Shown: positions 43,082 to 60,717 of the stretch, one piece after another
Numbering within the stretch: position 1 is the stretch's first letter
How the letters are laid out: each line of letters starts with the position of its first letter
Assembly: GCF_009914755.1 (NCBI RefSeq)
Contig: NC_060932.1
DNA length: 64,000 bases
Strand: one strand, 5' to 3'
Origin: the human T2T-CHM13v2.0 reference genome, Homo sapiens
Position numbers and translations under genes: made by a program
The notes under the pieces: model-generated
What the model saw: the letters and a program-made list of their open reading frames with translations, nothing else
Databases searched by the model: none
What the model was told of the DNA's origin: nothing

Positions 43082-44279
43082 TTATTTTTATTTAAAAATA
43101 AAAATGGTGGAGTATATAGCTACCTATGCTGAGATCTATACTGTACTGAGTGTTTTATATTCATCATCTTTAATAATAATAACATCTTAATTTATGCTCT
43201 CAGAATCTCTGAGATAAAGATTGAATAAGGAGTATATTATTAAAGTGATAACAAGCAACATATTTCCATAAAGAGTATATTATTAATGTAACATCAGCAA
43301 GACGGCAGAATAAGAAACCCTGGACTCCCTTTCCCCCCATAATTACACTGGTTTAACAATAAAACATGGACAAATTCCCTTTGTGAGAAATCCAGAAACT
43401 AGTTGAGAGGCTCCAGTACCCAGAGTGAACATGAGACTAGCCACATTGAAGTAGGTAGGGAAATTTGAAACACTCTCTCACCATAATCCCTCCTCCTGGC
43501 ATAGTACCATGCAACTGGGAGCAAACCCCCAAGATCTCAGCTTCTCCTTGGAGAGCAAGAGTTGGATTGCCTGCCCAACACCTTAACTTTTCTGGGGGCT
43601 TCCCAGAAGACTAGCTTTTGTCTTGCCTCTCTTGAAGTGCTGACAGGACCCAGTGTATTCTAGCTGCCTTGGAATCAGTGAAAAAGAAAAATTGCAGTTT
43701 GCACTGTCAGCCTCCATAGCCAGTCCCCCTAGTCCAGCACAGAAAAAGTGGATGAAAAATCTCGGCTTCCAGATTCTCCCTGAGGAATAAAGAAGTTAGA
43801 CCATGTGTAAAACCTCAAATTCTCTAGGAACATGCAAAGGACTGGTTTCTGTGCTGCCTGTCTTGGAGCACTAACAAGACCTAGCATACTCTTACTGCCC
43901 AGAGACCAGTGAGAAAAAAGATGGCAGTTTGAACTATCAGCCACCGTAGGCTAGGCCTTCCATTTAGCCCAGCACAGAGCAAACGAAAACATACTCAGAT
44001 CCCCACTTCTCTTTGAGGAAGGAAAGAATTGAACAGAAAGTCCAACTATTCAACTTTTCCAGATGCTGCCTGAGGGACTGGCTTCAGTCTTGCTTGTCTC
44101 AGAGTACTGATGGAACCTGTCATACTCTGGACACCAGGGTGTCACTGAGAACAAAGAAGGTAGTTGGACTAGCAATAAAGTTTGAAATCCCGCCCCCCCA
44201 CCCCAAATCTCTGGCTGGGATGATTAGTGAGGGTCTTTTCTTGCATGAGGCAATACTGTGAAGACTCAGAGGGATAGCT

Positions 44280-44641
44280 TGTATTCATCCATTTTCATTG
44301 TGCTGATGAAGACATAACTAAGACTGGGTAATTTATAAAGAAAAAGAGGCTTAATATACTCACAGTTTCACGTGGCTGGGGAGGCCTCAAAACCATAGTG
44401 GAAGGCAGCAGGCACATGTTACATGGTGGCAGACAAGAGAGAATGAGAGCCAAGCAAAGGGGGAAACCCCTTTGCAAAATCATCAGATCTCATGAAACTT
44501 ATTCACTACCGTGAGAACAGTATGGGGGAAACCGCCCCATGATTCAATTATCTTTCACTGGGTCCCTCCCATAACACATGGGAATTATAGGAGTAACAAT
44601 TCAAGATGAGATTTGGGCAGGGACACATCCAAACCACATCA
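44280..44641 (-). mobile_element. THE1 solo LTR
   Basis: TGTATT...AAACCACATCA termini; perfect 5-bp TSD TAGCT at 44275-44279 and 44642-44646. Confidence 0.92.
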
Positions 44642-45166
44642 TAGCTGTTTTCTCTAATATGCAGTTAACCAACACAAAGTACCAAGAAAACTTGAAGAAA
44701 TAGGAAAATATGTCCCAAACAAAGGAACAAAATAAACCTCCTGAAACTGACCCTAATAAAACAGAGATATGTGATCTACCTCACAGAATATTCAACATAA
44801 CCATCATAAAGATACTTAACAAGGTCAGGAGAACAATGCATAAGCAAAGTGAAAATTTCAAAAAAGAGATAGAAAATATATTTTAAAAACCGGAAATTTT
44901 AGAGCTGAAGAATGTAACTGAACACTAGAGGTTCAACAACAGACCAGATCAAGCAGAAGAATTAGTGAACTCAAAGAGAGATCATTGGAAATTACCCAGA
45001 GAAGCAAAAATAAAAAAAGAATGAAATAGTAAGCAAGAGTAAGAAAAGCTTAAGGGACTTTAAGGACACCATAAGTAGACCAATATATGCATTATGGAAG
45101 TCGGAGAAGAAAAAGAAGGAGAGGGAAAAAATGGACAGAAATATTATTTTAAAAATATAGTTTCTA

Positions 45167-45511
<345 letters not shown>

Positions 45512-47279
45512 CTAGAATCAGGAGGCCTAACAGACTTCAAATAAGTGAAATTATTCCAAAAATGTACACTTAAATTTATTATATTGAAAGTGTCAAAAAT
45601 TAATGATAAAAGGGGAATTTTGAAAGCAGAAAGAGAAAAAACGACCGGTCACGTACAGGGGAACCTCTATAAGATCTCTCATGAGCTTATTTTTCAGCAA
45701 AATCTTGCATGCCAGAGGCAGTAGGATGATTTATTCAACATGAAGGGAAAAAAACCTGCCAACAAAGAATAGTATACCTGAAAAAAAATTCCCTTCAAAA
45801 ATGAAAGCTAGATAAAGACTTTCTCAGACCAAAACAAGCCAAGAGAGTTCATCACCACCCAACCTGCCTTACAAGAAATGTTAAGGGGAGTTCTTTAAGT
45901 TGACAAGAAATGGTGATAACACAAAAGCATATAAAAGTATGAAACTCACAGGTAATGATGAATATATAGACACATAGTAATGTAATACTCTGAGAGTGGT
46001 GAGCAGGTCACTTTTGATTCTGTACAAACAATTAAAAAGAGTATTAAAAATAACTATAAATATAAAAATATGTTCATGGATACATGATATAAAAAGATGT
46101 TAAATGTGACATTAATAACATAAAATGGTGGGGAGGAAGAGGTAAAAGTGTAGAATATTTGTTTGTATGTGACTGAAGTTAAGTTGTTATCAACTTGAAA
46201 TAGACTATTGCAAGGAATTTTATATAAGCCCCATGGTAACCACAAAAAACAAACCTATAGAAAATACACAAAGGAAAAAGAAAAGAATCAAGGCATAGCA
46301 ATATAAAATTAACAAACAATAAAACACAAAGACAACAAGAGAGGAAAAGATGGACAAAAGGACAAAAAGAGAGATAACAACTAAATGGCAATAACAAGTC
46401 CTTTCCTGTTAATAATTATCTTAAATGCAAATGATTTAAACTCTCCAATCAAGTCACAGAGTAGCTGAATGGATAAAAAAAAAAGCAAGATATGACTATA
46501 TGTTGTGTATAAGAGACTCACTTTAGATTTAGGAACACACTTAGGCTAAAAGTGAAGAGATGGAAAAGAACATTCCATGGAAATGGTAACTGAGAGAGCA
46601 GGGGTGATTATACTTACATCAGAAAAAAACAGGTTTTTAAGTCAAAAACTGTCACAAGTGACAAAGAAGGACATTATATAATGATAACATAATCCACTTA
46701 CCAGGAAGATATAATAATTAAAAATATATGCACCTGATATCAATATCAAATCACTTAAATATATAAAATGAACATTAGCTGAAATGAAAAAAAAGCAATA
46801 CTTCAATATTCCACTTTCAATAATGGGTAGAATATCTATATTGAAAAAAATCAATAAAGAAACAACTGACTTGAACAACACTATGTAATAAATGGATTTA
46901 ATAGACATATACAGATCATTCCACTCAACAACAGCAGAATGTAAACTTTCCCATAGTATGCATGGACTATTCTCTAGGATAGATCACGTTAGGTCACAAA
47001 AGAAATTTAAGAAGATTGAAATTATACCAAGTATATTTTCTGGCCACAATGGAATGAAACTAGAAATCAATATTAGAAGAAAAACCAGAAAATTTACAAG
47101 TGTGGTGAAATTATATAACATATTCCTGAACCAATGAGTCAAAAAAGAAATCAAAAAGGAAATTTGAAAACCTCCTGAGACAAATAAAATCGTAAACACA
47201 GTATAACAAAAGGGATGCAGCAAAAGGAATACAAAAAAGGAAGTTTATAGCAATAAATGACTACATTTAAAAAAGAATA

Positions 47280-47567
47280 GGCCAGGTGTGGTGGCTCACG
47301 CCTGTAATCCCAGCACTTTGGGAAACCGAGGAGGGCAGATCACGAGGTCAGGAGATTGAGACCATCCTGGCTAATACAGTGAAACCCTGTCTCTACTAAA
47401 AATACCAAAAAAAAAAAAAAAAAATTAGATGGGGGTGTTGGTGGGTACCTGTAGTCCCAGCTACTCGGGAGGCTGAAGCAGGAGAATGGTGTGAACCTGG
47501 GAGGCGTCACTGCACTCCAGCCTGGGTGATAAAGCAAGACTCCGTCTCAAAGAAAAAAAAAAAAAAA
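47280..47567 (+). mobile_element. AluY-like SINE with a right-arm deletion
   Basis: GATCACGAGGTCAGGAGATTGAGACCATCCTGGCTAA and GAATGGTGTGAACC; TSD AAAAAAGAATA. Confidence 0.9.
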
Positions 47568-48856
47568 GAATAATGATCTCACATAAACAATGTAACTTTA
47601 TACCTCAAGGAATTGGAAAAAGAAAGACAATTAAATTTAAAGTTAGCAGAAAGAAGGGAATAATGAAGATTTCAGCAGAAATAAAATAGAGAATAGAAAA
47701 ACAATAGAAAAAGTCAAAATTAAGAATTGATTTGGTTTCTTGAAAAGATGAACTAAATCAACAAACATTTAGACTACGAAAAAAGAAAACTTAAATAAAT
47801 ACAATCAGAAATGAAAGAGAAGACATAATTGATGCTACAGAAATAAAAAGAATCATGAGATTACTATGCACAATTATATACCAACAAATAAGTAACCTAG
47901 AAGAAAGAGATAAATTCCTAGGCATACAACTTACCAAGACTGTATCATAAAGAAATAGAAAATCTGAAAAGGGTCATAACTAGTAAGGAGATTGAACCTG
48001 TAATTAAAAACAAAAACTAACAAAAAACCAAAAAACCTCCCAACAAAGAAAAGCCCAGGACCAGATGGCTTCACTAATTAATTTAACCAAACATTAATGA
48101 AGAATTAGTGTCAATTATTCTCTAACTTTTCCAAAAATTTGAAGAGTAGAAAACATTTCTAAATATATCTTATGAAGTCACTGTTACCCTGATACCAAGC
48201 CAGATTAGGACACTATAAGTAAAGAAAACTACAGGCCGATATTCCTGATGAACATAAATGCAAAAATCCTTAATCATGTACTAGCAAAATGAATTCAGCA
48301 ACAAATTAAAAGGATCATACACCATTATCAGATAGGATTTATTCTTTGGGTGCAAAAATGATGAACATACACAACTCAATAAAAGTGATATACCACATTG
48401 ACAAAGAATAAAAATAATATGAACAACTCAATAGGTGCTGAAGAAGTGTTTTATAAAATTCAACATGGCTTCATGATAAAAACTCTCAAAAAACTGGGAA
48501 TGGAGGGAAGTTACCTCAGCATATTAAAGGTCATATATCAAAAACCCACAGACAACATTATAGTAAATAGTAAAAAAACAAACATGTTTACTCTAAGATG
48601 AGGAACAAAACAAGGGTGCCTACTTTCACCACTTCTAATCAACACAGTGTTGGAAGCCAAAGCCAGGGCAATTAGTGAAGGACAATAAGTAAAGTGTATC
48701 AAAATTGGAAAAGAAGAAGTCAAATTGTGTCTGTTTGCATATAAATTATCTTATATGTAAAAAATTTTAAAGACTCCCACAAAAATAATTGCTAAAACTA
48801 TTAAATTAATTCAGTAAAGTTGCAGGCTAAAAGAACAACATACAAAAGTCAGTTGC

Positions 48857-49171
<315 letters not shown>

Positions 49172-49372
49172 TAATAATGAAGTTTTTGAAAGGGAAATTA
49201 GGAAAATAATTCTAATTACAGCAGCATTAGAGAGAATAAAATACAGAAGCATAAACTTAACTAAGAAAGTGAAAGTTGTACATTGAAAACTACAAAACAT
49301 TGATGAAAAAAAATAAAGAAGACACAAACAAATGGAAACATACCCCGTGTTCATGGATGGGAAGAATTAATG

Positions 49373-50684
49373 TGAAGGGTCTTCAAAATGTTCATGAAAA
49401 ATGAGAATTATGAAAAATCTGTGCATGGAATTCAAAATTTGTTTGCACCAAAATAAACTCCTACTAACTTATTATAATATGTCTGAACAGGATCTAGTTT
49501 GAGGCACTAAGGATAGGACATCAGTTTGAAAAAAGCCCCTAGCAGAGCAACATGAGTTCTGTGAATATTGGAGCAAGAATGAACATCAAATTTATGGTGA
49601 AGCTTGAGTGGGAAAACGGCAAAATCATGATGCTTTACAAGAATTTTATGGGTACAATGCCCCAAAGAAATTTGCAGCTTACAAATGAATAACTCATTCT
49701 AAGAAGGGATAAGATGACATTGAAGATGAAGCCTGCAGTGACAGATCATTCACATCAATTTGTGGGGAAAAAATTAATCTTATGTGTGCCATAATTGAAA
49801 AGGACTGATGATTAACAGCAGAAACAGTAGCCAACACCACAGAAATCTTAATTGGTTCATCTTGTACAATTATGACTGAAAAATTAAAGTTGAGCAAACG
49901 TTCCACTCTATGGGTGCCAAAACTGCTGCTCCCAGACCAGCTACAGACAACAGTAAAACATTCAGTGGACATTTTAAACAAGTGGGATCAAGATCCTGAG
50001 GCATTTCTTCAAAGAATTGTAACAACAAATGAGACAAGGCTTTGGTAGTATGACCCTGAAGACAAAGCACAATCAAAGAAATCACTACTAAAAGGAGGAA
50101 GTTGTCCAGTCAAAGCAAAAGTAGACCAGTGAAGAGCAAGGATCATGGAAACATTTTTTTTTTTTTTTTGGATGTTCAAGACATTTTTCTTGTTGACGTT
50201 CTTAAGGGTCAAAGAACAATAACATTTGCTCCTGATGAGCGTGTTTTGAGAAAGTTAGCTAAAGCTTTAGAAGAAAAATGTCAAGGAAAATTTCACCACC
50301 ATGACAACACTCCTGCTCATTCCTCTCATCAAACAAGGGCAATTTTGCAGGAGTTTCAATGAGAAATTATTAAGCATCCACTTCACAGTCCTAATTTGGC
50401 TCCTCTGACTTTTCTTTTTGTTTTCTAAGTTTAAAAATCTTTAATCTTTAAAGGGCACTTTTTTTTTTTTTTTTTTTTTGCTGCTGTTGTTAATAATGTA
50501 AAAAAGATTGCATTGAAATGGTTAAATTCATAGGATCCTTAGTTTTTAGGGCTAGACTAAATGGCTGGTATCATCACTTACAAAAGTGTCTTGAACTTGA
50601 TGGAGCTTATGTTGAGAAATAAAGTTTACATTTTTTATTTTTATCTTTTAATTCCATTTCCACGAACCTTTTGAAGTCTCTTCC
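49373..50684 (+). mobile_element. HSMAR2 mariner transposon, near full length, decayed transposase
   Basis: TIRs GAAGGGTCTTCAAAATGTTCATGAAAAATG and CATTTCCACGAACCTTTTGAAGTCTC; ~1.3 kb; motifs WVPKLL, RIVTTNET, HHDNTPAH and HSPNLAP lie in broken frames. Confidence 0.88.
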
Positions 50685-50804
50685 TGTTAAGGTATTCCTA
50701 TTATTCAAAGCAATCTACAGATTCAATGCTATCCCTATCAAAATGGAAATAACATTTATAAAATTCATGTGGAACCACAGAAGACCCAGGATAGCAAAAA
50801 CAAT

Positions 50805-51044
50805 CTGATTGTTTAAAAGTGTGTAGCACCGCTGTCTCTTGCTCCAGCTCCTGCCATGACTATGATGCCTCACTCCCCGTTTGCCTTCCGCCATGATTGA
50901 TAGCTCCTTGAAGCCTCCCCAGAAGCAGAAGCTGTTTTGCTCCCTATACAGCCTGCAAAACTGTGAGCCAATTAAACCTCTTTTCTTTATAAATTAACAG
51001 TCTCAGGTAACTTCTTTAAAGCAGTGTGAGAACAGACTCATACA
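50805..51044 (+). mobile_element. MST-type LTR, 3' half only
   Basis: CTGATTGTTTAAAAGTGTGTAGCACC...GAAGCAGAAGC...AATTAAACCTCTTTTC...ACAGACTCATACA. Confidence 0.8.
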
Positions 51045-54720
<3,676 letters not shown>

Positions 54721-55056
54721 TATGCTGATATTTTTGGTTTTAATTTCTCCTGTGTAATGCCTGTTCATACATTCTTTCTAAGTATTCATTTTTAATGTAT
54801 CATACATATTCTTCATAACAAAAGATCATACCAATTTCATATTATTGCTAGGCAGGTTTCTCAATATGTTATTTACATTTGAAAGATTTCCAAGATTCCT
54901 TCAAGCATTACAATTTTGCAATTTAAAAAAACATTAAAAAATTATCTATATCAGGGCGTCTCAGACTTTTTATAAAAGAGTTTTACTTTTAATTTTCCCA
55001 CAAGCTGCATGTCTAAATGTGACAGGAAAGTAACTTAGAATTCTAAAATAACTAGA

Positions 55057-55402
55057 TGTTTGGACAATGTTTGTATCCTCTCAAAATTCAAATGTTGAAA
55101 TCCTAACCTCCAATATAATGGCATTAGGATGTGGGGTCTTTGAGAGGTGATTACGTCATGAGTAACAGGTTTAGTGCCCTTATAGAAGAGACCCCAGAGA
55201 GAACCCTTGTCCTCTTTGCCATATGGGAATAAAATGAGAAGTTACTAGTCTACAACCCAGAGAGGACCCTTGGCAGAGCCCGACCATGCTGGCGCCCTGA
55301 TCTTGGACTTCCAGCTGCAGAACTGTGAAAAATAAATTTCTGTTGTTTATATTCCACCCATTCTATGGTACTTTATTATAACAGCCTCAATGGACTCAGA
55401 CA
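55057..55402 (+). mobile_element. MLT1A-type LTR
   Basis: AATGTTTGTATCCTCTCAAAATTCAAATGTTGAAATCC...CCCTGATCTTGGACTTCCAG...GGACTCAGACA; near-TSD CTAGA/CTAAG. Confidence 0.82.
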
Positions 55403-57405
55403 CTAAGGGATGAAGAGGGAGCAGGAAGTCTATGTAGACACATCAATCATTTTGGAAACATATTTACTCACTAATTTAATAAATATCTACTAAATTTATT
55501 ACATGCTGGGTTTTGTAATAAATGTTTGTGATAGAGATGAGTAAGTCGCCTCCCTTAAAAAACACATGTCTAGTGGGGGAGAGATGCATGTAAAAACAAA
55601 TGAATTGCAAGTATTGCTACAGAAACATTAGCCAAGGACAGAAGACAGAGGTTTCTTTCACTTTATGACTCAGATTTTCCAGTGTTAAATTAACATGTTT
55701 ACTATATGGATGACACATTTTCAGTCATATTAGGGGAGGAAAAAAAGAAAATAAAATGAGATTAAACCATTGACTTTTGTATTCAGTCAGCAAATATTTA
55801 CTGAATGACTCATTTTTTCATTATGCCAGGTGTTAGGGATAAAAAAGTGAGCAAATATTAAATGATAGCTTTCAAAGGACAAAAAGTTATCATGTGATTG
55901 TAAAATTCCCAGGAGCAGTAGTTCACTATGGTCCATAGCACAGTGATCCAGAAGGTTTAACATATTCCTTAGTCATCTATGTTGAATGTCAGGGATCATA
56001 ATACGTGTGTATATACAGGAGTAAGCATTTTGATTTGTGACTGTGCTTGCATAATGCTAATTCCATCTGGTTTTGCTGAGAACAAACAGAGATGCATGAA
56101 AAAGAAGAAATGTTATGGCTCTGCTTGCATAGATAGTGACCTGACTCTTCCAGGGTCTCCTCAGGCAGAGGTGTCATGAATAAGGTCACTTCTGTTCAGT
56201 AATATTCCACCACTATCCCAGCAAAGAGATATTTTCCATGCAGACGAGACTGAGTACATTCAGATTTAATGGTATCTAACAGAAAAGAAGAAGTTGATTA
56301 TGAACAATCTATGAAGAAGCTTGAAAGCTAGAGGTGATTTTGACTTTAAATGTAGATATGGTCACTTTATTTCCAAGGCATTGATGGAGTTCTTTGAAGC
56401 CCAGTGATTGTAGGAAAGACTAATTTTAGACAGTTCTTTCTTTAAATCCCCATCAGGAAATATATTGGACATTGAATTTGCCTTTCATCATTTTTCTACT
56501 CTTCCCTCATTATGAATCCGTCAAAGATGTAGGTCAATTGGAATAATTCCACTCTACTTAGCATAGTGATTGGCTCATTGAGAGCCACAGAGGTCTGCAT
56601 GGAGAAGTACAATTGAACTCGACTTTCAAGAGTAGAATTTCGATAAGTGGAGAGCATGTCATGGGTAAAAGTGAAGAAACAGGAATATGCATAGTATGTT
56701 CGGGAACTGTGAGCAAATCTTTAACTAGAGCAAAATGTTTTACTGTTTTTATCTCCCAGAGCTGTCCAGCTGATTAACCTCATTTCTCACATTCAGCAAG
56801 CAATTACTGAACAGTGCATAGTACTGCACTAAGTAATAGATAGGCTTCAAAGCAAGTTGCTTTTGGGTTGAAAAACTTTATTGCAGAGATAAACCCATTG
56901 ATTTTAGAACTAAAAGCACCTATGAAATAATCCAGCAGAATTCATTCATTTCCAGGTACGGAAACTGAGGCCTAGATAGCTTAAATGAATGGAAGCAGCA
57001 ATGTATGCAGAGAGAACCGTAAATTGTAAGAGCCATTTAAACTCTCACTTTGATTTCCGTCTCCTGCAAAGCGGCAGTATTAGCATAGGAAGCTGTTGTT
57101 GGGGTTCAGGGAGACAGCCTATGCGAAGCACCAGGCACATAACAGATACTAAATTAATTTTCCTTTCATGTTCTCCCTTCACTTTATTGTGAGCAACATA
57201 GTGATTTGGCGGCAGAGTTAGAAATAAGAATATACTGCTTTGAACCTACAAGAAAGTTTCCTCCTGCCCAGTACAGCAGTCCATTGTTAGAAATTCCACG
57301 AGAACTAACCTCAAAGGCCTCAAATTTCTCCAAAGAGCAACTTTTTTTTTTTTTTTCACAAACTCATTTCTCTTTGTCCTGTGCATATGCCAGGCTCATT
57401 CTCGC

Positions 57406-57716
<311 letters not shown>

Positions 57717-57799
57717 TAGACCTGTGGACATCTTGTTTCTAAATCCCCACTCCTGCAGGAATGTCTTTCTTCCTTCTATCTATTCAAATCCTCTCCTTT

Positions 57800-59490
57800 A
57801 TTCATTTATTCAGTCATTAAATCTGAATGGAGTCAGTCAGTCATTAAACATGTGTTGAGTACTTACTATGTGGCAGGCAGCTGGTCTAAGGTTTGAGATT
57901 AGAGTACTGAAGAGAATATCCCTGCCTTTGAGGAATCTATCTGGGGCACACCCTAGTTGGAAAGCAGATATGTTCACTCCAGGAAAGGTAAGAAATAATG
58001 TTGTGAAGGTATGAGTTTAATGCCTTGGGAACATGGGACAAGGGAAGACTGATTCTATGTGAAGGGGCTTCTGCCATTATTCTACCCCAATTATATACCA
58101 ATTACCTTTTCTCTGCCTCCTATTACATATAAAGATGGTCACACACAACAGAACCCATAAGTATATATACTGCTTGCTATCATTGTATAAATGCCAGGAT
58201 GTGGGTATAAGTAGATATATCTAGCCAGAAAGGACCACAACAATCTAATCAAGTAGAATATGTTGATGAGGTACCTCAGGTTTATCCAGAAAAGTGAGTT
58301 ATGCTCAGGGGTATAGGATGAGTAATTTCTTCACCAATGCAGGGACCTAATGCAGGGTTTTAAAATCTTGCTTGCATGTCCGAATTATCTGGGGAGCATT
58401 TGAAAAATTCAGATGGCTAAGCCCAATCCTAGACTTACAGAAGCAGGAAGTTTTAAAATAAAGTGCAGGAATATGGATTTTTAGGTATTATATGGTTGAT
58501 TCTAATGATTAGCTAGCAATGGTCAGGAAGTGCTCGTCTATTTTGTGCCAACATTTGCAGAACACTGAGAATACGGACATGAATAAAATACTGTCGATTC
58601 TACTCCTGCCTTATAAGATAGGTCTCTGTCCTGGAAAACCTGATAGTCAGGTGGAAGGGATAGGCAAGGAAATATATAAAACCAGACAACATCTATCTCT
58701 ATAGATGTAAAGTGAGGATGCAACACAGAGATGGAAAGGACCAACTCACTCTTGGGAAAAGCAGGAAGGTTCTTAGAAGATGGTGCATTTGAGATGAGAT
58801 ATAAAGGACTCGGGGGTTTCTCAAATAAAGGGGGTGAGAAAGGACATTCCAAGTGTAGACTTGAGCCTCCGGCTCCCACTGGACTTAGCCAGCAAGTCTA
58901 AGAGGTACCTGAGTTATAAAGATTGGGGCGCTTATACTCTGGGGCCAGGCTCTTAGATATGTCTGAGGTGGAGACTGTGATGTTCATCATTTATGTTACT
59001 AATTCACACCTGTTTCATATACCATTTTCATTTCATTCAGACATTTCCTGGGTGCCTTTGTACCTAGGAGACATTCTCAAACAGAATTTGCAATGGGAAC
59101 ACGCAAGATGGACAAAAATACTCTCGAATTTGAAGCCCAAGAAAAGCTTCCTGAGAAAGATGATGCTAAAGTTAGTCTTAAAAGTTAGAGTTCTCATGAA
59201 AATGAGGAAAGGCAGAAAAGGGCTGAATTGTTTTGCAAATATACAATGCATGGAGATGAGAGTGAATTCTGCACATGCAAGGACCTTCATGTCCTGTGAG
59301 GCTGGACCATGGCTTTGGGAAAAAGATGGTGGCTATGAATCAGCCTGGGGAGGAAGGTATGTTTCCAGCTGTTAAAAGGCTTCTTATGCTCTGCTGGAGT
59401 CTGGACTTCATGTAGGCAGCATTGGGAAACCCTAGTTATTTAATGCAGGGCAGATGAGGTCTGATTTACTTTTCCAAAAGGTCATTCTGA
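57800..59490 (-). mobile_element. L2 fragments (with a MER5-like insertion at ~58350-58520)
   Basis: TTCATTTATTCAG..TTGAGTACTTACTATGTGGCAGGCA; GAAAAGCTTCCTGAGAAAGATGATGCT; ATGAGGTCTGATTTACTTTT. Confidence 0.55.
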
Positions 59491-59739
59491 GCACATATGT
59501 ATTTTCTTTCTTCAGCATAATTGTAAACATCCTCTCAACAGACATCAAATCTTGATTCGTTTCTTTTTGTTTCTCCAGCAAGTGCTTAGCAGAGGAAGTG
59601 GCACACATGTTGAGAGGTCAATAGTTAACGGATTCATTAATTGATTGGGAGGTACAAACCCATACTTGAGTGAAGGCTGTAATATGGACTCTATATCCTA
59701 TGCTGTGGCTAATAGTTAGATATCTCAAGCAATCTTAAG

Positions 59740-59910
59740 CTGTGCTTCTTAATTTTAACATGCACACAAATCACCTGGGGATCTTGTTAAAACAGAGTTC
59801 TTAATTTATTATATCCTGGGTAGGGCCTACGATTCTGCACTTGTAACAGTCTTTCTGATGTTGCTGTTCCTGCTGCTGATTTGGATTTCCAATTGTGAGT
59901 GGCAAGGATC
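59740..59910. mobile_element. MER5A/B-like hAT MITE
   Basis: AAATCACCTGGGGATCTTGTTAAAAC..GGGTAGGGCCTACGATTCTGCACTTGTAACA. Confidence 0.65.
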
Positions 59911-60717
59911 TTAATACTCAGTTGTCTTATTTAGGAAGTCTCTGATAGTGGGGTGGTTTATGAACTGTGAAACTTTTTACAGGGATTTTAGAAATGGAGA
60001 AGCTCCATCATGAGAGACTCCTCCTTGACTAAGACTCCATACAGCTTCTTTGGGACTGGTTTTGAAGGCGATGGCAGGTCTTTGATGCCCCTGGGTTAAA
60101 CATTGATATTATTTGCCTTTAAGGGAATTTCTGATGCTGCTGCCAGTTTCTTCTTTGCTCTGCCAAGTATTGAGTTCCACAAGAAAAATCCATTAGTAAC
60201 AGCAGAGTTGATAATAGAACAGCAGATAAAGTCAAAGGGCTCTAAAAACAGCATGCTATCAGCATGTAATTTGTTTAGGCCTATGTAGGATAAAGTCCTT
60301 TCTCGTGAATTTTCAAGTTTGAAATTCGATTAGGAACCAGTTTGTAATTTCTTGATATTTTTCTGTTCTTCCCTGTTCATTTTTACATACTTACTTGTCA
60401 TATAATGACATTCTGGATGTCCCTGGACCTCACCAGCTTGTGGACACAAAGACAGCCACATCAGTTAGGCTGAATTCTGCTGGCTTAATGCCACTCATTA
60501 CTGTGAGCAGGAGCTTGGTTCTCTGACCTCTCTAGTGGCTCTCAGAGAAGCCCCAGGCTATGTTCAATGTTAGTGTAGGTTGTTGCTTACACTTTTTTCA
60601 TCATCCAGCAATGGACCCCCAATGGCTGCTCCATCCTCATACGGCTTCCAACAATGCTGCCCTCTCCCTGGCATCCACTCCATGCATGGGTAGGGACATC
60701 CCTCCCTTGGACTGAAG

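Noticed and set aside
58923-59375. 150-aa ORF
   Set aside because: It has a non-ATG start, overlaps L2 relics, and shows no recognisable domain or coding-like composition.
60524-60542. Second CTCF-like motif (reverse CCACTAGAGAGGTC)
   Set aside because: It has three mismatches in the conserved GGC part of the core and no local CpG retention.
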